A stretch of 64,000 bases of DNA from Myxococcota bacterium. Lineage in GTDB: Bacteria > Myxococcota_A > UBA796 > UBA2385. Each line of letters begins with the position of its first letter. Positions within the stretch are counted from its first letter, which is position 1. The DNA is taken from positions 64,001 through 128,000 of the forward strand of contig JBIJDH010000020.1 of the NCBI GenBank assembly GCA_044344255.1. Reading direction: 5' to 3'. Of this stretch, positions 57,595 through 64,000 are shown one piece after another. Both the position numbers and the translations under genes were made by a program. The notes under the pieces were generated by a model, which worked only from the letters and a program-made list of their open reading frames with translations, ran no database searches and had not been told where the DNA came from.

Positions 57595-58081
57595 GCGCCG
57601 AGCGACTGCTCCTGACCCTCAGCCTCCTTGGGGCCTGCGGGGGCGCCTCGCAGGAGGCCCCGGTCGCCCGTGCGCCCTCCACCCCCCGGCGGGGCTACAT
57701 CTCGGGCGGAGACGGCAGCGCCGCTGGGCGCGTGGTGACCTTCCGCGGCCGGACGAGGTGCAGGACGACACCTGGCGCGCGGCGGCCCACTACACCCCCG
57801 AGCTCCGCCTCATCGGCGCCGAGCCCGCCTTCGACCTGGGTAGCTACCACCTCGGAGAGGCCGCCCGCGGGCTGCTCGCCCTCCGCGCCCGCCCCGAGGA
57901 CGACGCCCTCGTCGCCCCCCTCCGCCACCCGCCGGTGACGCCCGTGCGCGCCCCGACGGCAGAGGCCCTCTGCGCGCCCTGGCAGCGCGCCTGGGCCGGC
58001 TCACAGGAGCGCCCCGTCGAGGAGCTCCCCGACCTGGCACAGCGCGTACTGAGCGTGGGTCGGTATCCGTCCCCGGCGTAA
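57591..58081 (+). pseudogene. Probably frameshifted small lipoprotein gene sharing its signal peptide with A2M copy 2
   Basis: Starts MSAERLLLTLSLLGACGG. GC3-rich coding pattern switches frame near 57748 (FRG-PDEVQDDTW...). 57598-57665 is about 88% identical to 58198-58265. Confidence 0.55.
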
Positions 58082-58130
58082 GGGCCGCCCCCGCTGAGCG
58101 TTAGGCTCGGGTCACCGCCCCGAGGTCCCG

Positions 58131-60563
58131 ATGCGCCCCCGCAGCTCCCGCCCCTGCAGCTCCCGTCCCTGCAGTCCCGGCCCCCGCAGCCCTCGCCCCG
58201 AGCGCCTGCTGCTGACCCTCAGCCTGCTCGCGGCCTGCGGGGGGGTCTCGCAGGAGGCCCCCGTCCCCACCTCGGCGCGCGACGAGGGCAAACAGATGGC
58301 CCAGGAGCTCGGCTACGCCGAAGAGGAGGCGCAGGCGGAGGCCCCGTCGCCCAAGGGGGCCGGCGGGCCGAGGCGGAGCCAGAACCGAGCGGCGCCCGCC
58401 CGGGGCGGCGGGACGAAGAAGGAGTCGAAGGACGCCGAGAAGGCAGACCCCGCCGTCCAGGGGGACTCTCCTGCCGACCCCGAGGGCGGCGAGGCGGCCC
58501 CCACCCGCTCCTGGTTCCCCGAGACCTTCCTCTTCCAGCCCCGCGTGGTGACCGACCGCGACGGCCGGGCCTCCGTCCCCGTGCGCATCCCCGACCGGCT
58601 CACCACCTGGCGGGTGCTCGGCCTCGCCTGGTCCCGACAGGGCGGTCAGTCCGGCGACACCACCGAGCTGCTCGGCACCCTGCCCGTCTATGTAGACCCT
58701 GTCCTCCCCGCCTTCCTCAAGGCCGGTGACCGCCTGCGCCTGCCCATCCAGGTCGTCAACACCACCGACGGCCCCCTCACCGTGCCCCTGCGGGTCAACG
58801 CCGGCGGCGCCGCGCACCTCGCGAGCGCTGGCACCGTCTCTCTCCCCGCCGGGGGGAGCCGCGTCTCCTATGTCGAGCTCTACGCCGAGCAGGCCGGCAC
58901 CGTCTCCCTCGAGGCCTCTATCGGCAGCAAGGACGCCGTCGTGCGCACCTTCCCCGTCGAGCCCGTCGGCCGCAAGCTCGAGCAGACCCGCGGCGGCACC
59001 CTCGCCGCCCCCCGACAGGTCGAGCTCATCGGCGCGAGTGACCTGGACCCCGCCAGCGCCCGCGTGCGCCTCCTCGTCTATCCGGGCGCCAAGGCCATCC
59101 TCCAGAGCGAGCTCGCCACGGCGCTGGACCGCGGTGGGGTCGCCTCGACAGGCTATTCACTGCTCCTGTCGGGACAGGGCGCGGCCCTCCTCCAGTCCCT
59201 CGGCGTCCCTGTCTCTGCCGCTGGCGCAGACGACGACGCCCGCGCCGCCGCCGCCGCCCTCCACGACATGGGCCTCCTCGCCGGCCAGCGGGCCGTCCGC
59301 CTCGGGCGCGCGCCGGACACCGCCGCCGCTGCCCTCCTCGCCGAGGGCTGCCTCGCCCACCCCGAGAGCCCCGTCATCGCCCGCTTGGGCGAGCGACTCC
59401 TCGGCCAGCTCGTCGCAGGGCAGCGCCCCGACGGCACCTTCGGCGGTGACAGCAGCGGCGCTTGGACGCTCCAGCGCCTCCTCGTCGCCACCGCCGACGC
59501 CGCCGCCACTGTCCGCCGCGCCGCCCAGTCGCCGACCGGGGACAGGGACCTCGACGCCAAACGCAAGCGCGACGCCGCCGCCGTCTCCCTCCGCGCCGGC
59601 GGCGCCTTCGAGCGGTACGCCGCCCAGGTCACCGACCCCTACACCGCCGCCGCCATCCTCCGCTCCGGCGCCGTCTCCGGCGACCTCGCCGCCACGCTCC
59701 TCGAGCGGGTCGAGTCCGGCCTCGTCGAGAACCTGGATGGCTCCAAGTCCCTCCCCGTCCCCGAGGGCGTCGTCCGCGCCGACGGTGCGGTCCCCTCCGG
59801 CGTCGAGGCCACCGCGATGGCCGTCCTCGCCCTCGAGGGCCGCGGAAAGGACGACACGGTCGCCGATCTCGGCGCCTCCCTCCTCGGCGCCTGGCGCCCC
59901 GGCCGCGGCTGGAGCGACGGCCGGACAGACCTCCTCGCGCTGCAGGCCGTGCTCGCCCTCTTCAAAGACCCCATGCCGAACACGGTGACCGTCACCCTCT
60001 CGATGGACGGCGCCCCGGTCGGAAAGAAGGTGCTGGGCCTCGCCGAGCTCGATGAGGTCTCCCTCCTCGACCTCCCCGCCACCGCCGCCCGCGGCCTCCA
60101 CACCTGGACCGTCTCCGCCGAGCCCGCCGTCCCCGGCCTCGGCTTCGCCCTCACCCTCGAGAGCTGGGTGCCCTTCGTCGCCACCCCCCAGAACGGCCTC
60201 GAGCTCCAGGTCACCACCGGAGAGGCGCCGGCGGTCGGCCGAAAGGTGCCCGTGATGGTCCAGGCCGCCGCACCCGCCGGGATGGCCCTCGTCTATCGAC
60301 AGGAGCTCCCGGCTGGCGTCGTCCCCGATATGGACAGCCTCCAGGCCCTCGTGACGAGCGGCACGATCTCGAAATTCGACACCGAGGACGGCGCCCTGTC
60401 CTTTAACATCCCCGCCCTGTCACCCGGGCAGGTCTTCTCCGCCGGCTATGCGCTCGTACCCACCCTCGCAGGCACGCTCCACAGCGGGCCCGCCTCGCTC
60501 AGCCCCGCTCAAGATCTCGAGGTGGCGGCACTGTCCGTCCCAGCAGTGTGGACGGTGCGCTGA
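58131..60563 (+). CDS. A2M-like C-terminal chain, lipoprotein, no thioester motif (copy 2)
   Basis: LAAC lipobox and a different N-terminal segment; near-identical to 33359..35743 from EGGEAAP onward. Confidence 0.85.
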   Translation: MRPRSSRPCSSRPCSPGPRSPRPERLLLTLSLLAACGGVSQEAPVPTSARDEGKQMAQELGYAEEEAQAEAPSPKGAGGPRRSQNRAAPARGGGTKKESKDAEKADPAVQGDSPADPEGGEAAPTRSWFPETFLFQPRVVTDRDGRASVPVRIPDRLTTWRVLGLAWSRQGGQSGDTTELLGTLPVYVDPVLPAFLKAGDRLRLPIQVVNTTDGPLTVPLRVNAGGAAHLASAGTVSLPAGGSRVSYVELYAEQAGTVSLEASIGSKDAVVRTFPVEPVGRKLEQTRGGTLAAPRQVELIGASDLDPASARVRLLVYPGAKAILQSELATALDRGGVASTGYSLLLSGQGAALLQSLGVPVSAAGADDDARAAAAALHDMGLLAGQRAVRLGRAPDTAAAALLAEGCLAHPESPVIARLGERLLGQLVAGQRPDGTFGGDSSGAWTLQRLLVATADAAATVRRAAQSPTGDRDLDAKRKRDAAAVSLRAGGAFERYAAQVTDPYTAAAILRSGAVSGDLAATLLERVESGLVENLDGSKSLPVPEGVVRADGAVPSGVEATAMAVLALEGRGKDDTVADLGASLLGAWRPGRGWSDGRTDLLALQAVLALFKDPMPNTVTVTLSMDGAPVGKKVLGLAELDEVSLLDLPATAARGLHTWTVSAEPAVPGLGFALTLESWVPFVATPQNGLELQVTTGEAPAVGRKVPVMVQAAAPAGMALVYRQELPAGVVPDMDSLQALVTSGTISKFDTEDGALSFNIPALSPGQVFSAGYALVPTLAGTLHSGPASLSPAQDLEVAALSVPAVWTVR
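58134..58193. repeat. Imperfect 15-bp tandem repeat x4 at the start of A2M copy 2
   Basis: CGCCCCCGCAGCTCC / CGCCCCTGCAGCTCC / CGTCCCTGCAGTCCC / GGCCCCCGCAGCCCT. Confidence 0.8.
58473..60563 (+). repeat. Direct repeat, copy 2, matching 33653-35743
   Basis: Same manual alignment as copy 1 (offset 24,820, no indels). Confidence 0.97.
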
Positions 60564-60570
60564 GCGCGCC

Positions 60571-61446
60571 TCACTCGCTGAGGACGTTCAACCCATAGGG
60601 CGGAGCGGCGTTGGTCAGCCACCCGCCGTCACAGGCGAGCGTGAGGGGGGCGAAGGTGACGCCCTCCTTGTGGGCGGTCCAGGTGTAGACCCCGGGGTCC
60701 GCGCCGGCGACGACCACGCCGCCGTCCGTGGTGGTGGCGAGGAGGGAGTGGTCGGGGATGACGGAGGTGTTGAAGTAGACCGGCCCTTGCTCCGGGGGCA
60801 CGGCGGGGTCGATCGTGACGGTGGCGTCGGGCTCGCCGACGGCCCAGACATCGACGGCGCCGGCGGCGGTCACCGTGGTCGACATCTGGCAGCGGGTCGG
60901 GTCGTCGGCGTCGGCGCCGAGCAGGCCAGCGGCGAGGCCCGCGATCACCCGCGTCACCCCCTGAAAGGCCACCCCCTCGATGTCCTCGCCCCCCACCGGC
61001 AGCGTGGCGGTGAGCATGGGGAAGTAGTCGGGGTGGACGAGGGCCAGGGTGACGCTCGCGCCTTCGGGGATGCCCTCGATGCGGAAGCGGTGACCGTCGG
61101 CGGGATCCAGCGCCACGCGGAGCTCGGGGGCCTCGCGGACATAGACCTCCGCCCCCTCCACGTCCATCACCTGCACGATCGTCGGCGGGCTCGGCATGTC
61201 GAAGAAGAGGGCCTCCCCGGAGATCGCGCGCGCGCCCTCTCCCCAGGGGAGCGCATCGCCGCCGTCGCCGCCGTCGCCGCCGTCGCCGCCGTCGCCGCCG
61301 TCGCCGCCGTCGCCGCCGTCGCCGCCACCGTCACCGCCGGTCTCCGCGCCGCCCGCCTTCGCGCGGCCGCCGCCCGCCTCCTCACCCGAGCAGGCGAGCA
61401 GCAGCGCGACCGCGAGGGTCCAGCCCGTCCAACATCTCGTGCCCAT
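60571..61446 (-). CDS. Hypothetical lipoprotein with a GGD repeat linker and carboxypeptidase-regulatory-like beta domains
   Basis: LLAC lipobox; GGD repeats; GPVYFN; PGVYTWTAHK. Confidence 0.75.
   Translation of the reverse strand: MGTRCWTGWTLAVALLLACSGEEAGGGRAKAGGAETGGDGGGDGGDGGDGGDGGDGGDGGDGGDALPWGEGARAISGEALFFDMPSPPTIVQVMDVEGAEVYVREAPELRVALDPADGHRFRIEGIPEGASVTLALVHPDYFPMLTATLPVGGEDIEGVAFQGVTRVIAGLAAGLLGADADDPTRCQMSTTVTAAGAVDVWAVGEPDATVTIDPAVPPEQGPVYFNTSVIPDHSLLATTTDGGVVVAGADPGVYTWTAHKEGVTFAPLTLACDGGWLTNAAPPYGLNVLSE
61256..61326. repeat. 9-bp tandem repeat (TCGCCGCCG), about 8 copies, encoding GGD
   Basis: Seven perfect units plus one near-perfect unit, read directly. Confidence 0.92.
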
Positions 61447-61502
61447 TCGTCTGTCCTCGATGTCGGGCGAGGGTAGCACGCCCCCGCGGCTCCGCCCGCC
61501 CC

Positions 61503-62201
61503 TCACTTGGGGAGCCGCGCCCGCCCTTCGGTGTCGGAGAGGACCCGGAGCTCGACGGGCCCCCGCTCGCGCCGCGCCTTCACCCGACGAACGAGCTCGC
61601 CCGACCGCAGGACGGCCACCACCGCCTCCCCGGGACAAGCGGTAGTGGCGAGGTCTCGGTGCGCCTCCACTCGTTCGGGATCGATCCCATATCGGTCGGA
61701 GGCCCAGGCCAGGACCTCGACGAGCGCGTCCATCTGCTCGGGGCTGGGCGCCTGCTCCTCGAAATTCCCATCGAGCAAGGGGAGAAAGTGACCAGACGGA
61801 TCGTATCGAGTGAAGGTGCTCCCCGCGAAGTCGAGCGAGCGCCCCTCATAGACATTTCCGGCTCGGTCGATGATGAAGTGATAGGCGATGTCGGGGAAAC
61901 CCCGCGACTGGTGATAGGCCTGATAGCCGCGGATGCGCGCCGGGGCCGAGCGGGCGTCCGGGGCGAGGGTGGCGCTGTGATGGACGGTCAGGTGAGAGAT
62001 CACGTGCCGCTGGAGCCCGGCGCGGGCGACGCGGGCGCCCCAGGCCGACCGCGGGATGACCTCGACTCCCGAGGCCACCCGCACCTCGCCGGTCGCCTGG
62101 CTGAGGGGGATGACCTCGGTGAGCTCAGCGGCCCGGGAGGGGGCGAACAGGGCGAGCCCCGCGCAGCCGAGGCCGAGCGAGAACCACCTCCTGGCGCTCA
62201 T
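61503..62201 (-). CDS. N-acetylmuramoyl-L-alanine amidase (Amidase_2/PGRP family)
   Basis: Signal peptide; IPRSAWGA; TVHHSA; DIAYHFII; AHRD..TACPG (His/His/Cys zinc ligands). Confidence 0.88.
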   Translation of the reverse strand: MSARRWFSLGLGCAGLALFAPSRAAELTEVIPLSQATGEVRVASGVEVIPRSAWGARVARAGLQRHVISHLTVHHSATLAPDARSAPARIRGYQAYHQSRGFPDIAYHFIIDRAGNVYEGRSLDFAGSTFTRYDPSGHFLPLLDGNFEEQAPSPEQMDALVEVLAWASDRYGIDPERVEAHRDLATTACPGEAVVAVLRSGELVRRVKARRERGPVELRVLSDTEGRARLPK

Positions 62202-62797
62202 ACCCGGGGGATCGTGAGCGCGCCGGCGGGGGTCTCGTCCATCCGGTCGGCCCAGGCCGCGAGGCGCGGGTGCTCGGCCCGCCAGCCCGGCCCGAGGCGG
62301 AGCGTGGTGTACCCGAGGGCGCTGTGGACCGCGCCGTCCGCCCAGGTCCACCGCCCGAGCAGGGGCTCACCCGCCGCCTCCGGGACGCAGTGCTCCAAGG
62401 CCTCGAGGAGGCGCTGCGCCCGCCGAAGGGCGCGCTCGGCGGCCGCCTCGTCGCCGGCCTGACGCGCGAAGAAGGCCGCGATCGCCTGATCGGAGAGGCT
62501 GTCCCCGAGCTCGTCGAGCTCCCGCACGGCGAGGCGGCCCTGCCAGCCGGGGAGGCTGGTGGGCGGGTCTGGGTAGCGGTCCTCGAGGTACTCGCAGATC
62601 ACCGTCGAGTCACAGACGGTGGTGCCATCGTCATCGACGAGGACGGGCACCTTGCCGATCGGAGAGGCGGCGACGAAGCCCGCGCTGCGAGCCCCGAGGT
62701 CTTCCACACAGAGCTCGACGGGCAGGCCCTTGTGGAGGAGGGTGAGCCAGACCTTGCGGGCATAGGGCGAGCGGGTGGTGAGGTACAGGTGGCGCAT
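62198..62797 (-). CDS. Glutathione S-transferase family protein
   Basis: SPYARKV, PIGKVPVL and DSTVICEYL. Confidence 0.9.
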   Translation of the reverse strand: MRHLYLTTRSPYARKVWLTLLHKGLPVELCVEDLGARSAGFVAASPIGKVPVLVDDDGTTVCDSTVICEYLEDRYPDPPTSLPGWQGRLAVRELDELGDSLSDQAIAAFFARQAGDEAAAERALRRAQRLLEALEHCVPEAAGEPLLGRWTWADGAVHSALGYTTLRLGPGWRAEHPRLAAWADRMDETPAGALTIPRV

Positions 62798-62813
62798 CGT
62801 CCGCTGTTAACTG

Positions 62814-63155
62814 TCAAGGAGGGACGGTGGCCAGGGACTCTGCGGGCGGGCACCAGCGGAGCCGCGCCAGCCCCCGGGCGGCCTTCACGGCGCGCTCGGC
62901 GCGGGAGACCGCCGCCCGGTCGGGGAAGGGGCCGAAGCAGGCCACGAGGCACCAGGGCCGGCCGGCGCGGGTGGCGCTCGCCCCGCCCGGCGCCTCGCCG
63001 TCGTGCTGTCGGAGGCGGCGAGCGACGTCGAGGCTGATGCCCACGTAGCTGCGCCCGCGGCTGAGAGACCAGAGCACGTAGACGTACCAGGCCCCCGCGG
63101 GGGGCGCCGGCACCGGCGCCGGCACCGGCTCCGGGGCCAGCAGCGCGACCACCAC
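62814..63155 (-). CDS. GIY-YIG nuclease (SLX1/UPF0213-like)
   Basis: WYVYVL..YVG..RRLRQH.GE..GGA..T...RPW. Confidence 0.85.
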   Translation of the reverse strand: MVVALLAPEPVPAPVPAPPAGAWYVYVLWSLSRGRSYVGISLDVARRLRQHDGEAPGGASATRAGRPWCLVACFGPFPDRAAVSRAERAVKAARGLARLRWCPPAESLATVPP

Positions 63156-63163
63156 CCCGGCGC

Positions 63164-64000
63164 TCAGGCGGGGCCGAGGCGGCGAGACAGGGCCTCGGCG
63201 AGGCGATCTGCGCGCTCCGGTCGCCCCCGAAAGAAGAGGGAGGGCTCGACCAGCTCCACCTCCGTCAAGCAGGGATCCCCGGCCTCATCGAAGAGGAAGT
63301 CCACGCGCGCATAGAGGAGGGGGAGGCCGGAGGGATCGGGCCACTCGGCGTGGACCGCCGCCAGCACCCCGTCGGTGAAGGCCCGGAGCGTTGGGGTGAG
63401 GGCCTCGTCGTGGTCAAGGGCGCCGTGCTCATCTTGCACCCGAAAGTCACCCTTCACCGGGATCTTCCGGACGGAGTGGGAGAAGACGCCGTCAAAGTAG
63501 AGGGCGGAGACCTCCCCCTCCGTCTCCACCTTCGGGAGGTAAGGCTGGAGGAGGTAGGTCTGATCGGCACCTTCGAGGAGGCGCCGGGCGGCCGCGAAGC
63601 CCTCCGGGGAGGGGTCGAAGCGCAGCGTCCCCGAGGCGCCGGCGCCGACGACGGGCTTGAGGAAGCCGCGCGACCACCCGCGGGCGGCGAAGAGCGCAGG
63701 GAGGTCATGCCGCTCACCGGGCTCCAGCCACTCGGTCGGAGCGAGGCGAACCCCGCGGGCCGACAGGGCGCGGAGATAGCCCTTGTGCGTGTTCCAGCGG
63801 ATCACGGCGCCGGGGTTGAAGAGGCGGGACACGGCCCCCACCCGCTCCGTCCAGGCGAGGAAGGTGTCCCGCTGGTGCCAGTAGTTCCAGGTGGTGCGGA
63901 TCAAGACGGCGTCGAAGGCGGCCCAGTCGACGCCCGGATCATCCCAGGCCGGGCTGCTCACCTGGGCCCCGCGCGCGCGCAGGGCGGCCTCCAGCGGGAG
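63164..64000 (-). CDS. ATP-grasp protein, RimK/glutathione synthetase-like (5' end lies outside the window)
   Basis: The frame is open to the window end. Motifs RTTWNY, WNTHKGYL, KPVVGA, LQPYL, YARVD and ELVEPSLF. Confidence 0.85.
   Translation of the reverse strand, partial: LPLEAALRARGAQVSSPAWDDPGVDWAAFDAVLIRTTWNYWHQRDTFLAWTERVGAVSRLFNPGAVIRWNTHKGYLRALSARGVRLAPTEWLEPGERHDLPALFAARGWSRGFLKPVVGAGASGTLRFDPSPEGFAAARRLLEGADQTYLLQPYLPKVETEGEVSALYFDGVFSHSVRKIPVKGDFRVQDEHGALDHDEALTPTLRAFTDGVLAAVHAEWPDPSGLPLLYARVDFLFDEAGDPCLTEVELVEPSLFFRGRPERADRLAEALSRRLGPA

Noticed and set aside
62814..63155. GIY-YIG gene as a homing endonuclease or mobile element
   Set aside because: It is a short stand-alone SLX1/UPF0213-type domain inside a housekeeping-like operon, with no intron or element ends.

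Overview
A very GC-rich chromosomal window (about 70% by eye, not computed), probably from a Myxococcota-like bacterium: it has a MYXO-CTERM-type surface protein and many Gly/Asp-linker lipoproteins. I see no rRNA, tRNA, CRISPR array, integrase or transposase. The left half holds two B12-binding radical SAM enzymes, a beta-helix/MopE-repeat surface protein, a full-length thioester alpha-2-macroglobulin (A2M) coupled to fabD, nrnA, a sulfatase-like gene, a 4Fe-4S/FAD oxidoreductase pair, a hipBA-like TA pair and a prmC-dprA-smg-like-TPR-GT9 run. Four things stand out. (1) A second, thioester-less A2M is split into two genes at the bait-region position. Its C-terminal chain occurs twice, about 97% identical over about 2.08 kb and 24,820 bp apart, with unrelated N-terminal signal/bait segments. 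(2) The interval between those copies is full of envelope-modification-type genes: GT-C-like membrane proteins, four SGNH proteins, and sulfatase-like and FGE-like proteins. (3) That interval includes an uncalled 39-aa DltX-like Tyr-motif micropeptide coupled to an SGNH gene. (4) Tandem duplications of 15-20 bp that copy a gene's last codons plus its stop codon recur four times. All functional calls come from motif recognition by eye; no database searches were run.
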